NCBI GenBank assembly: GCA_963748015.1
Contig: CAVVHE010000004.1
Span: forward strand, 1,536,001 to 1,600,000
DNA length: 64,000 bases
Source: Terriglobia bacterium
Lineage (GTDB): Bacteria; Acidobacteriota; Polarisedimenticolia; Polarisedimenticolales; JAIQFR01
Direction: 5' to 3'
Shown: in pieces, positions 36,793-46,479 of the stretch
How positions within the stretch are numbered: position 1 is the stretch's first letter
Layout of the letters: every line of letters begins with the position of its first letter
Translations under genes and position numbers: made by a program
Notes under the pieces: generated by a model
What the model saw: the letters and a program-made list of their open reading frames with translations, nothing else
Database searches by the model: none
What the model was told of the DNA's origin: nothing

Positions 36793-38184
36793 TCAAACGG
36801 AAATGCCGAGTCTCTTGATTTTCTCGTTGAGGGTGGTCGGCTTGAGTCCGAGGGCCTCGGCGGCGGATTTCTGTACGCCGCCCGTCCGCCGGAGGGCCGA
36901 TTCGATGAGTTGCCGCTCGTAGCGGGCGACCGCGTCATAGAATCCCATGCCCTCCGGAAGCGAGGCGAGCTCGGGCAGGGAGACCGTGGCGAGCATCTCC
37001 TTGGGAAGCAGATCGACGCCGATCTCCCCTCCTCGCGCGAGAACGACCCCTCGCTCCACGACGTTCTCGAGCTCGCGGACGTTTCCCGGCCACGGGTAGC
37101 CCAGGAACCGCTCCAGGACCTCGGGGGTGACGTGGGTCACATTCTTGGCGTTCTCCTCGTTGAAGCGGGCGAGGAAGTGCTCCACGAGCAGGGGGATGTC
37201 CTCCGCGCGCTTTCGGAGCGGCGGGACCGTGACGTTGATCACGTTCAGCCGGTAGTAGAGGTCCTCGCGGAATCGCCCCTGGTCCACGAGGGCCTTGAGG
37301 TCCTCGTTGGTCGCGGCCAGGATGCGCACGTCCACCACCCGGCTCTCGATGGCGCCGAGCGGCAGGAACTCCTTCTCCTGGATCACCCGTAGCAGCTTGA
37401 CCTGAACCTCGGGGGACACCGTGCTGATCTCGTCGAACAGCGCGGTCCCGCCGTCGGCGACCTCGAGGAGTCCCGGCTTCGCTCCCGCGGCCCCGGTGAA
37501 CGCGCCCCGCGTGTGGCCGAACAGGTTGTCCTCGAGCAGGTCGGTCGGAATGCTGTGGCTGCTCACGACGACGAACGGCTTGTTGGCGCGGGCGCTTCGC
37601 CGGTGGATCGCGTGCGCGACGAGCTCTTTTCCCGTCCCGCTCTCCCCCTGGACGAGCACCGTCGAGCGGCTCGGAGCGACCTGCTCGATGAACCGGTAGA
37701 GCTCCTGCATCGCGTGCGACTTCCCGACGATTCTCTCGAAGCGGAAGCGCTGCTCGAGGGCCCTCTTGAGGTCCTTGTTCTCGACGCGGAGCCGGGTCGT
37801 TTGCACGGCCTTCGCGACGAGGAGCCGGACCTCGTCGTTCTTGAAAGGCTTGGTGAGATAGTGGAACGCGCCGAGCTTCATCGCCGCGACGGCGTTCTCG
37901 ACGGTGCCGAAGGCGGTGATCATGAACACCGCGAGATCGGGGACGCGCTCCCGCACCCAGCGCAGGACGTCGAGCCCGTCCGCGTCGGGGAGCATCACGT
38001 CCAGCAGCAGCGCGTCCCAGGGCCCGCCGTCCTCGAGCTGGGAGCGTCCCGAGGCGGCGTCCGGCGCGATCTCGACGTGGTGGCCCTCGGTCGCGAGTAG
38101 AGCCTTCAGGACGTCGCCGACGACGGGCTCGTCGTCCACGACGAGAATGCGTCCGGGGGGAGTTTCCGAGGTCACTCGCGGCAT
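36793..38184 (-). CDS. Sigma54-dependent response regulator (NtrC/AtoC family)
   Basis: REC domain (VVDDE, LLDVMLP), GESGTGKE, GAFTGA, FREDLYYRL, WPGNVREL, Fis-type HTH. Confidence 0.96.
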   Translation of the reverse strand: MPRVTSETPPGRILVVDDEPVVGDVLKALLATEGHHVEIAPDAASGRSQLEDGGPWDALLLDVMLPDADGLDVLRWVRERVPDLAVFMITAFGTVENAVAAMKLGAFHYLTKPFKNDEVRLLVAKAVQTTRLRVENKDLKRALEQRFRFERIVGKSHAMQELYRFIEQVAPSRSTVLVQGESGTGKELVAHAIHRRSARANKPFVVVSSHSIPTDLLEDNLFGHTRGAFTGAAGAKPGLLEVADGGTALFDEISTVSPEVQVKLLRVIQEKEFLPLGAIESRVVDVRILAATNEDLKALVDQGRFREDLYYRLNVINVTVPPLRKRAEDIPLLVEHFLARFNEENAKNVTHVTPEVLERFLGYPWPGNVRELENVVERGVVLARGGEIGVDLLPKEMLATVSLPELASLPEGMGFYDAVARYERQLIESALRRTGGVQKSAAEALGLKPTTLNEKIKRLGISV

Positions 38185-38206
38185 CGAGAGCGGATTGTAG
38201 CAGCTT

Positions 38207-40999
38207 TCAGGCGAGAGCTTCGGCCGACCGGACCGCGGGGAGCTCGACGCGGAAGCGCGTCCATTCGCCGGGGGAGCTCTGCACGGACATCTCCCCGTCG
38301 TGCTCGCGCACGATCCCGTAGCTGATCGAGAGCCCGAGACCGGTTCCCTTCCCGCTTCCCTTCGTCGTGAAGAACGGGTCGAAGATCCTCGGCAGGTCCT
38401 CTTCCGCGATGCCGACGCCGTCGTCCAGGACCTCGACCGAGACCGCTCCGCCCCTCAGGGACGTCGAGACCACGACCTTTCCGCCCTCCTCCACCGCGTC
38501 GCGCGCGTTGAGGAGGAGGTTCAGGAGCACCTGCTGGAGCTTCCCCCTGTGGCCGTGGACCGCGGGCAAGCTCTCGGCGAGCGAGGTCTCGACGCGAATC
38601 CCGCGCCCGCGGATCTGCGGCTCGAACAGGCGAACGACCTCGAGGACGGTGTCGTTCACGGAAAGCTCCTCGAACGTGGAGCGCTCGGGGCGAGCGAAGT
38701 TCAGGAGCGAGTTGGCGATGCTCGAGGCGCGCCGGCTCTGCGACTCGATCTTCTCGAGGATGGCCCGCCGCGGATCGTCCGCCGCCATCTCCTCGAGGAG
38801 CATCTGGGTGTAGCTCGAGATGCCGGTGAGCGGCGTGTTCACCTCGTGCGCCACCCCCGCCGCGAGGAGTCCCAGGGAGGCGAGGCGCTCCTGGCGGACG
38901 ACCTGCTCCTCCAACTTGACCTGGCTGGTGACGTCGTCGAAGGTCACGACGCGCCCCGCGGTTCCGTCTCCCTGGGTCCCCGCGGGGGAGATCGTGAGGT
39001 TGACGATGATCCTCCGGCCCGAGCGGTTCACGAGGTTGTAGCGGTAGATGCGGACCTCGCTCTCCCTCGGCGCGCGCGAGATCTCGCGCTGCACCCGCCG
39101 CACCGCGTGGAGCGGGAAAACATCCTCGATCCGCCGGCCGATCGTCTCGCGCCGGGAGACGCCGTACATCTCCTCGAGCGTCCTGTTCCACGCGAGGATC
39201 GTCCCGTCGTCGTCCATCAGGAGAAGTCCGACCCCGCTGCTCTCGAGGATCCGCTCCTGGCTCGCCTTGAGCCGCTCGACGTGCTCGGCGTGCGACCGGA
39301 CCTCGCGCACCAGCCTCGCCGCCTCGATGGCCGTCGCGGCGTGGGCCGCGAGGGTCGCGAGGAGAGAGCGATCCTCGCTCGAGAAGGGCTCCTCCGGATC
39401 CCGCCGGTCCGCCACCGCCAGAACCGCGCGGAGGCGCCCCTTCACCTTCATCGCCACCAGGTGGCGCGCCCAGGGGAGAACGGGGATCTCCGCCCGCTCG
39501 AGGTGGGCGTGCCGGCCGCTCTCGAGCGCTTCGAGCTGGGAGGGCGGCAGGACGACCGCGACCGGGTCCTCGGAGGCACCCACCATCTCGAACGTGCCGT
39601 CGTCCTTGCGGACGAGAACACGCGCCTCGGGCACGCCCAGCGTCTCACGCAGCCGGTCGCGGAGGCGCTCGAGCAGCGTGTCGAGGTGGGTCTCGGCGCT
39701 CAGCTCGCGCGCCCAGTCGAGCAGCGTCGCGCGATAGCTGTAGCGGCTGCGATAGAAGGCACGGTCCACTCCGGCGCGAACCCAGGTCCGGATCGTCGGA
39801 TAGCTGATCGCCGCGAGGAGGATCGACAGGTACCGCAGGCCGCTCGCCGAGAGGGGCAGCACGCCGCTCACGATTCGCCGGAAGAACTCCACCGCGACGG
39901 CGTAGGCGGCGAGGGTGAAGAACGCGGAGGTGACCTCCACGAGCGCGCGCCGCAGCAGCGTGTCCAGATCGTTGAGGCGATAGCGGGCGAAGGCGATCGT
40001 GAAGGCTCCCGGGACGACGAGCATCGGGAACGCCGACAGCTCCGCCCAGTCCGGAACCTCGCCGCCGGCCGCCCAAGGGAGGACGTAGATCGTCGCGAAC
40101 GGCAGCAGGCCGATCGCGACGCCCCACATCATCCAGCGAAGCTGGCCGCGGTGCAGCGGCGACGAGGCGCGGCGGTAGACTCGCGAGAGCAGCCAGATCG
40201 AGAGTGGGACCGCGAGTCCCAGGAACAGCAGCTCGGCCCGATCGATCCACTCCGCCCCGCGCAAGGGGTCGGCCAAGCTGAGGGCGCCGCCGAGACCCAC
40301 GAGCCAGACCGAAGCGGCGACGATCGCCGACGCCGCGAGGTACGCGAGCGTGAGAGCCGCCCCCTGCCCGCGAAGCGAGCGGCGCGAGAGGGCGAAGACC
40401 AGATGGAGCAGTACGGCCGGCACCAGCGCCCCGGCGAGGACGTCGCCCCAGTACACGGCCCAGTCGAGCGCGTCCGCCCGGCCGGTGTGGCTCAGGACCA
40501 GGTTCGCGAAGAGCAGCGCGGCGAGGACCGAGTAGGCGGTGCCGCCCCTGACGGTGGGCCAGCGCAGCGCGACCAGCGCCCCCGACGCGAGGAACGCGAC
40601 GGCGAGGAGCCCGAGGAAGCCGTACAGCGGCGGGATGACGACCCGGGACGCAGGCCGGATCTCGAGGGTCCGCAGGCTTCCGCCGCGATCGACGTCCAGG
40701 AGAACGCTCCCGCCGGTGCCTAGCCGCCACGCGATGGACGAGGCGTCGAGCACGCTGCGGACGGGAATGCCGTTCACCCGCTCCAGTCGGTCTCCGGGCA
40801 GAAGACCCGAGGACTGCGCCGGGCTGCCGTTCTCGACCCTCCCGACGACCGGACCTTGCGAGGTCTGGAACCAGTCGGCTCCCACCTGAGGCCGGCCGGT
40901 CGACACCCGTCTCGCGAAGGACACGGTGCCGAAGACGAGGAGGAGACAGACCCCACCCCCCACGATCCACGGCCTGACCCCGCCGGCTCGTCTCACCAC
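38207..40999 (-). CDS. Membrane sensor histidine kinase (PDZ, multi-TM, GAF, PAS, HisKA, HATPase)
   Basis: GSPAQSSGLLPGD PDZ motif; many TM helices; AHEVNTPL; NLLLNARDA; PFFTTK; GTGLGL. Confidence 0.93.
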   Translation of the reverse strand: MVRRAGGVRPWIVGGGVCLLLVFGTVSFARRVSTGRPQVGADWFQTSQGPVVGRVENGSPAQSSGLLPGDRLERVNGIPVRSVLDASSIAWRLGTGGSVLLDVDRGGSLRTLEIRPASRVVIPPLYGFLGLLAVAFLASGALVALRWPTVRGGTAYSVLAALLFANLVLSHTGRADALDWAVYWGDVLAGALVPAVLLHLVFALSRRSLRGQGAALTLAYLAASAIVAASVWLVGLGGALSLADPLRGAEWIDRAELLFLGLAVPLSIWLLSRVYRRASSPLHRGQLRWMMWGVAIGLLPFATIYVLPWAAGGEVPDWAELSAFPMLVVPGAFTIAFARYRLNDLDTLLRRALVEVTSAFFTLAAYAVAVEFFRRIVSGVLPLSASGLRYLSILLAAISYPTIRTWVRAGVDRAFYRSRYSYRATLLDWARELSAETHLDTLLERLRDRLRETLGVPEARVLVRKDDGTFEMVGASEDPVAVVLPPSQLEALESGRHAHLERAEIPVLPWARHLVAMKVKGRLRAVLAVADRRDPEEPFSSEDRSLLATLAAHAATAIEAARLVREVRSHAEHVERLKASQERILESSGVGLLLMDDDGTILAWNRTLEEMYGVSRRETIGRRIEDVFPLHAVRRVQREISRAPRESEVRIYRYNLVNRSGRRIIVNLTISPAGTQGDGTAGRVVTFDDVTSQVKLEEQVVRQERLASLGLLAAGVAHEVNTPLTGISSYTQMLLEEMAADDPRRAILEKIESQSRRASSIANSLLNFARPERSTFEELSVNDTVLEVVRLFEPQIRGRGIRVETSLAESLPAVHGHRGKLQQVLLNLLLNARDAVEEGGKVVVSTSLRGGAVSVEVLDDGVGIAEEDLPRIFDPFFTTKGSGKGTGLGLSISYGIVREHDGEMSVQSSPGEWTRFRVELPAVRSAEALA

Positions 41000-41046
41000 G
41001 CTCGCGTTACTCCTGGGCAGAGGAACTGACCCTGTCCGGACCCTTC

Positions 41047-41063
41047 AGCAAGGGCCGGGCCAG
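41047..41063 (-). promoter_or_regulatory. Sigma54 -24/-12 promoter upstream of the sensor kinase
   Basis: Minus strand CTGGCCCGGCCCTTGCT matches YTGGCACGNNNNTTGCW with correct GG-N10-GC spacing; IHF-like ATTCAATTCCTTG at 41156-41168. Confidence 0.65.
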
Positions 41064-41275
41064 ACGAGGAGGCTCGGGACCACGACCCAACCCGTTGACA
41101 AATCTACGATTGAAAACGAGTTCTGGGGGGCTCCGCCGAATTCCGCTCCAGGCCCATTCAATTCCTTGAATCCCGAGCGCCAACTCCGGAGTTTTGGATG
41201 ACGGACGCACGAGGCCGCGCGCCTTGGAAGTTCTCGATTCTCACGGAGTCCCGAACGACCGCGCCAACCTCTCGC

Positions 41276-43396
41276 TCAGAACGCCACGGAGACTCCCGCG
41301 CTCACCCTTTGGTTCAGGGCCGCGAGGGTCTTCAATCCGGTGGCGGACGCCGGGGCCGAGTCGCCGACCGCTCGCTGCGGCGAGGCGCGCGCCACGAGGA
41401 GGACCCGCCAGGACATCCCTCGGGGCTCGCCGCGGAGAACCGCCTGTGCGACCTGGAGCTCGACGAACTCCTGGGTCGTCCTTTCGGCCGTCGCTTCGGC
41501 CGCGGTCGTGTCTTCGACCCTTCGATACTCCGCGAAGACGTCCGTGCCCGACCCCGCCACGCGCACCCCGACCCGGCCTCCCCGATAGCGGAGGCTGCGG
41601 TCGGCGAGGAGCTGCAACGGCACCTCGAACGGGAACACCTGCGCCAGCGAACCTTCCGCGCTGCCCCGGAGGAGCTCCACGTAGGTGTGAACGCCCGCGG
41701 CGTCGTGGGAGAGGGTGAGGGTCCCGCGCGTCGCGCTCACGAATCCGTCCGTCGCGTAGAGCGGGGTGAAGCCGGGATCGATCCGCTCCCAGACCGCGCC
41801 CGCCGCGTCGAACGCCACCGGCTCGTAGGCCTGCGCCGCCTTGAGAGCGAATCCCCAGGGCAGCGCCGTCTCCACGGCGGCGTCGTAGCCGAGCGCCGGG
41901 TCCTGGCGCGCCGTTCCCGAGATGGGCCACCCCTGGGGCAACGCGGCTCCGCCGTCCGCGAACATGTCGTACAGGAGGACCACCCGTGCGCGCCACGCGC
42001 CCTCGGTCCAACTCCCTCCGAACCGCGGTTCCACCACGGACAGCGTCCGAGCGTCCGACCCGCGCACGTACCCGAGACCGTACACGACGGTCAACGGCTT
42101 CGAGACAAGCCACTGGTCCTCGCCCCGCACGCGCACGTTCCATCGCGCGGCCGACTCGGGACTTCCGGAGATTGGCATCGTGGCGACGTAGCTTCGCGGC
42201 AGCGGATGGTCGAGGTGGCTCGCCTCGATATCCACGCGGATCTGGTGGCGATCCGAAGCGACGCTTTCGTAGGTGCCGCCCGCCGCCATCGCCCGGCTCG
42301 CGAACGACCGGCGCGGGTCCTCGCCGGAAAGAAGGGCGGGACTCGCGGAAACGGTGCCGGGGAAGCTCGCGAGCGTATCGAGGTAGCCGACCTTCACGCC
42401 GAGGCGCGAGGCCGCGTCGAGCTGCGTGGACCAGTTGGCGTCGTAACCCCAGGATTGTCGCGCCTGGCGAAGCCGGCCGGCCGACTGGGGCGTTCCCATC
42501 GCAACGTCCAGGTCCCCCTGGGTGTAGCTCGCCTTCATGGCGAGGCTCGCGTCGGGCCCGGTCGAGCACGAGGCCTCGACGAAGACCGACGAGGCAAGGT
42601 GGCTCGACGTCTCGGCGTCACCCTCCGCCGAGGCGACCCGGTTGAAGCTCTCCCGCTGTCCGCTGACCCTCACGCTGCCGACCTGGCCGATCGAGCTCGC
42701 GAGCCGCATCCGAGTCTCGGCGCCTCCCGCTTCGGACGCTTCACCCGCTCCGCCGAGGAGAGGCCCGGAAAGGTTGACGAGGTGGTCGAACTGGCCCTCG
42801 ATCATCTCGGCGACCGGCGAGCCGGCGTGGGGCGGCCCGCCGCTCCCCTCCTGCCGGAGCAGGTCCGCGGCGTCGGTCTCTCGCAGGAGGCTCCGGGCCG
42901 GGAGCCTCAGGATCCAGGAGGCGTCCGCGGGCGCCTGGGGCGCACTTCCGCTGTCGGCCGGGACCGGGCGCAGCACGAGGTCCAGGGAGCTGCGCAACAG
43001 GGTATCGAAGCGTCCTAGAAAGGCGAGGTAGCCCTGCTTGATCGCCGCGACGCGGTAGACGCCTGGAGTGAGTCCGGCCACGAAAAAGCGGCCGCGATCG
43101 TCCGTTCGAGCCACGGCGAGGGGGTCCACGTCCGCGGAGTCCCCGAGAACGAAGACCTCGACCTCCTCGATGGCCCGGCCAAGGCTGTCCTTGACCATCC
43201 CGTGGAGCGTCGGAGAAGTGAGATCGCGGGCGACGCAAGGAGGGCTTGCAAGAAGGAGAGCAAGACCCACGAGGAACGCCGCACCGCTCCCGCGAACCCT
43301 CGGCATTCCGCCTCCAGGCCGGCCGGTCCCCACACCGACCGGACCGTTCCTAACATTAGATGCCTCATTGCCGCTTGTCAACGGCTTTCGAAGCAA
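41276..43396 (-). CDS. Outer-membrane beta-barrel protein with a carboxypeptidase-regulatory-like N-domain (TonB-receptor-like)
   Basis: Signal peptide after MPRVRG (likely later start); TDDRGRFFVAGLTPGVY; amphipathic strands; C-terminal GVSVAF. Confidence 0.75.
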   Translation of the reverse strand: MLRKPLTSGNEASNVRNGPVGVGTGRPGGGMPRVRGSGAAFLVGLALLLASPPCVARDLTSPTLHGMVKDSLGRAIEEVEVFVLGDSADVDPLAVARTDDRGRFFVAGLTPGVYRVAAIKQGYLAFLGRFDTLLRSSLDLVLRPVPADSGSAPQAPADASWILRLPARSLLRETDAADLLRQEGSGGPPHAGSPVAEMIEGQFDHLVNLSGPLLGGAGEASEAGGAETRMRLASSIGQVGSVRVSGQRESFNRVASAEGDAETSSHLASSVFVEASCSTGPDASLAMKASYTQGDLDVAMGTPQSAGRLRQARQSWGYDANWSTQLDAASRLGVKVGYLDTLASFPGTVSASPALLSGEDPRRSFASRAMAAGGTYESVASDRHQIRVDIEASHLDHPLPRSYVATMPISGSPESAARWNVRVRGEDQWLVSKPLTVVYGLGYVRGSDARTLSVVEPRFGGSWTEGAWRARVVLLYDMFADGGAALPQGWPISGTARQDPALGYDAAVETALPWGFALKAAQAYEPVAFDAAGAVWERIDPGFTPLYATDGFVSATRGTLTLSHDAAGVHTYVELLRGSAEGSLAQVFPFEVPLQLLADRSLRYRGGRVGVRVAGSGTDVFAEYRRVEDTTAAEATAERTTQEFVELQVAQAVLRGEPRGMSWRVLLVARASPQRAVGDSAPASATGLKTLAALNQRVSAGVSVAF

Positions 43397-43410
43397 TAGG
43401 ATGGGGGCTG

Positions 43411-44280
43411 ATGAACGGACGAGTGACCACCCGCGCCGGCGATCGCCCGAGGCGGAGCCGTATCCGGCTCCTGCCGGCCGTCCTGACCCTCGCGCTCGCC
43501 GTCGCGCTGGGGCGGGCCGCCGGCGGCTCTCCCGTCCGGCAGGAGCAGGCGCTCCGGGTCGAGGTCACTCCCCTGATCATCGAGCGAGGGACGACGCGCT
43601 CGCTCGAGCCCCTCACGATCGAGGCGACCCGAGACGAGCCCGGCCTCGTCGAGTCCTCGATCCCGTGGTCGCCCTCGGGTCCGCCGATGTCCCTGAGCCT
43701 CGAGATCGGTGTGGGCGAGGGGGGCGAGGAGGACGAGCACGCGCTGCGCCTGGTCGCGACGGCTCGAATCCCCGGATCGCCTCCCGTCCGATCGAGCCGC
43801 GAGTTGAAACTCTCCGAGGGGACGACCGGGCTGTTCGACGTCGTATCGGAAGGAGAACGGCGTCTCGTGCTGTCGCTTCGGGTGGAGACGGTCTCGAGGA
43901 CCGTCGTGCGAGGCGCGCGGAAGGTAGGAGCCGCGGTCCTGTTCCTCCTCTCCGTCGAGCGCCGCGACGGCGATCGCTCGGTCCTGCTCGAGACCAACCG
44001 CCTCGTGACGTTTCTCCGGGAGGGGGTCGAGTACTCCTTCTCGCGAGGCGAGGGAAACTCTCGCGAGTCGCTGCGGCTCGTCCTCACGCCGGTGCGCCTC
44101 GAAGGAGACCTCGCCGAGATCGAGGTGGACGTGTCCGGCTCGCTGCCGGCTTCCGCCGGCCCGCTCCTGCTCTCGCGCCGCGAGCGCATCTTCGCGAGTC
44201 GCGGAGCGACCTCGACCGTCGAGGTCACTGCGGGCGAGCCGCCCGCCGGCTACCGCTTCCGGATCACCCCGGACTTCTGA
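43411..44280 (+). CDS. Hypothetical secreted beta-rich protein
   Basis: Signal-like hydrophobic stretch; two similar beta-rich halves; coding-like codon usage. Confidence 0.65.
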   Translation: MNGRVTTRAGDRPRRSRIRLLPAVLTLALAVALGRAAGGSPVRQEQALRVEVTPLIIERGTTRSLEPLTIEATRDEPGLVESSIPWSPSGPPMSLSLEIGVGEGGEEDEHALRLVATARIPGSPPVRSSRELKLSEGTTGLFDVVSEGERRLVLSLRVETVSRTVVRGARKVGAAVLFLLSVERRDGDRSVLLETNRLVTFLREGVEYSFSRGEGNSRESLRLVLTPVRLEGDLAEIEVDVSGSLPASAGPLLLSRRERIFASRGATSTVEVTAGEPPAGYRFRITPDF

Positions 44281-44297
44281 GCGGGTAGAGGGACACC

Positions 44298-46058
44298 GTG
44301 AACGCCGCGATTCTCGCCGCGCTCCTCCTCGCCTCGCCCGTCCCGTCCCCCGGCGCCCCTCCCGGGACCGGGTCGCCGGGGGCCACGGCCGAGTTGGCGC
44401 TCGGCGTCAACGTCCGGATCGGCGTCACCGCGGGCCGGGAGATCGATCTCGTCGTCCGCCCCGCGGCCGGCGAGAGCTGGCACGACCTGGCTCGCATCTA
44501 TGCCGCCGCTCCGGCCGCCTCCGAGGAGCTCGCGCGGCTGCACGCGAGCCGGAGCCCGGCGCCCGGGACCGACGTCAGGATCCCGATCTCGCTCCTGAAC
44601 GACGACTACCGCTCGCTGGTTCTCCTCAACCTCTTTCCCGACGACAAGCTCGACCGCGGCGACTGGATCCACGTCGCGCGCGCGGGCCGCCTCCCGACGC
44701 CCGACGAGGGGCTCTGGCAGGTCGCGGAATGGTTCGTCGGCGACGGGCGGAAGTACCAGGAGATCGCGCAGGCCAACGGACTGCGCTCGCCGGAGCTCTC
44801 CTTGGGGCAAACGGTACGGATTCCCTCGGCGCTGCTGCACCGCTCGCTGGTGCCGGGGCCGACCTCGGACGACGGGGCGATCACCTACGCTCAGGACGAG
44901 CACGGGCCCTACGGAGGGTACCGGCTCAAGGCGGGCGAGGCGCTCTACTCCGCGGTCGTCGTCCGCTTCACGGGCCGCACCGATCCCGACGACGTCAACG
45001 CGCTCGCCGCGAAACTCGCGGAGCGCTCGGGCATCCGGGACGTGACCGACATCCCGGTCGGCTTCCGGGTCAGGATCCCGTTCGACCTGCTCGAGCCGGA
45101 GTTCCTACCCCCGGACCATCCCCGACGCCGCGAGACGGAGGCCGACAGGAAGGAGATGGCCGACGAGCTCGCCAGGAGCCCCGTGCGCCCGGCGCGAGGC
45201 GCTCTCGAGGGCGTGCTCGTGATCCTCGACCCGGGGCATGGCGGCAGGGACCTCGGCACGATCAACCACGGGGTGTGGGAGCACGACTACGTTTACGACG
45301 TCGCCTGCCGGCTCAAGGCGCAGATCGAAAAGGAGACCGCCGCGAGGGTGTTCATGACGCTCGAGGAGCCGGGCATCGGATTCGAGCCCTCGACGGGAGA
45401 CCGCCTGGTCGCGAGCCGCCGCGGCACGCTCCGCACCCATCCGCCGTTCAGCGCGCGCGAGGAGGGCGAGTCGTCCGTCGCGGTCAACCTCCGCTGGTAC
45501 CTGGCGAACTCGGTGCTGAGGAAGGCCAGGCTGGACGGCACGGCGCCGGACCGGGTGCTGTTCCTCTCCCTGCACGCGGATTCCCGCCACCCGTCGCTGC
45601 GAGGCCTGATGGTCTACGTTCCCGGCCAGCGCTTCCGCGGCGGCGTGCACGGGGATCGTCGCGCGGGGTACATGCGGTTCCAGGAGGTGCGCGAGGCGCC
45701 GACGGTCCGGTTCGACCGGCGTGACATCGTCCGATCGGAGGCGGTCTCGCGGCGCCTCGCCACCGGCGTCGTCGAGGCGTTCAGGAAGGAAGGGCTTCCG
45801 GTTCAGCCTTATCACCCCGTGCGCGACCGCGTGATCCGGGGGCGGCAGACGTGGCTTCCCGCCGTCCTCCGCGGCAACGCCGTTCCCGCGAAGATCCTGG
45901 TCGAGATGGTCAACATGAGCAATCCCCAGGACGCGTCGCTCCTCGGCGCGGCGCGGGACCGGGACCGGCTGGCGCGGGCGCTGCTGCGCGGCATCGCGTC
46001 CTACTTCGGCGAGGCGCAGTCGGGGAGCGCGGGTATCGCGGGCTCCCGCCTTCCTTGA
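44298..46058 (+). CDS. N-acetylmuramoyl-L-alanine amidase (Amidase_3) with N-terminal LysM-like repeats
   Basis: ILDPGHGG...E, FLSLHADS, ILVEMVNMSN; EGLWQVAEWF..YQEIAQANG..LSLGQTVRIP LysM-like unit. Confidence 0.88.
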   Translation: MNAAILAALLLASPVPSPGAPPGTGSPGATAELALGVNVRIGVTAGREIDLVVRPAAGESWHDLARIYAAAPAASEELARLHASRSPAPGTDVRIPISLLNDDYRSLVLLNLFPDDKLDRGDWIHVARAGRLPTPDEGLWQVAEWFVGDGRKYQEIAQANGLRSPELSLGQTVRIPSALLHRSLVPGPTSDDGAITYAQDEHGPYGGYRLKAGEALYSAVVVRFTGRTDPDDVNALAAKLAERSGIRDVTDIPVGFRVRIPFDLLEPEFLPPDHPRRRETEADRKEMADELARSPVRPARGALEGVLVILDPGHGGRDLGTINHGVWEHDYVYDVACRLKAQIEKETAARVFMTLEEPGIGFEPSTGDRLVASRRGTLRTHPPFSAREEGESSVAVNLRWYLANSVLRKARLDGTAPDRVLFLSLHADSRHPSLRGLMVYVPGQRFRGGVHGDRRAGYMRFQEVREAPTVRFDRRDIVRSEAVSRRLATGVVEAFRKEGLPVQPYHPVRDRVIRGRQTWLPAVLRGNAVPAKILVEMVNMSNPQDASLLGAARDRDRLARALLRGIASYFGEAQSGSAGIAGSRLP

Positions 46059-46083
46059 CAGCATCCGGCATCGATCTTATTGT
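46055..46083 (+). promoter_or_regulatory. Sigma70-like promoter for the FmdB-family gene
   Basis: TTGACA-N17-TATTGT. Confidence 0.6.
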
Positions 46084-46114
46084 CAACTTGAGTCGTTGCC
46101 GGGAGGTTTCGTTC

Positions 46115-46393
46115 ATGCCGCTCTATGAGTACCAGTGCAAGTCCTGCGGAAGCACGTTCGAGGTCATCCAGAAATTCAGCGACCGTGCTCTCAGGAAGTG
46201 CAGCGACTGCTCGGGCCCGCTCCAGAAGCTGGTTTCGAGAAGCTCCTTCCATCTCAAGGGCGGCGGTTGGTACACCAACGACTACTCCTCCTCCAAGCCC
46301 GCACCCACTTCGACCGAAAGCAAGACGACGAAGAAACCCTGCGACGCGGGCTCGTCCGGGGGCGGCTGCGCCTCGGGAGACTGCTCCAGCTGA
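46115..46393 (+). CDS. FmdB-family zinc-ribbon protein
   Basis: MPLYEYQCKSCG..FE...CSDCSG, FHLKGGGWY; GGAGG RBS. Confidence 0.93.
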   Translation: MPLYEYQCKSCGSTFEVIQKFSDRALRKCSDCSGPLQKLVSRSSFHLKGGGWYTNDYSSSKPAPTSTESKTTKKPCDAGSSGGGCASGDCSS

Positions 46394-46479
46394 CCTCGCC
46401 CCTCGTGAGCGTCCGCCGTCGTTGACCCTCCGAGGGCCCGCGTGAAATAATCCCTTCTTTCCGCGCGGGGTGATTCGAC

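Noticed and set aside
46055..46110. CIRCE or other operator before the FmdB-family gene
   Set aside because: Only a 6-bp TTGACA/TGTCAA inversion; no TTAGCACTC-N9-GAGTGCTAA
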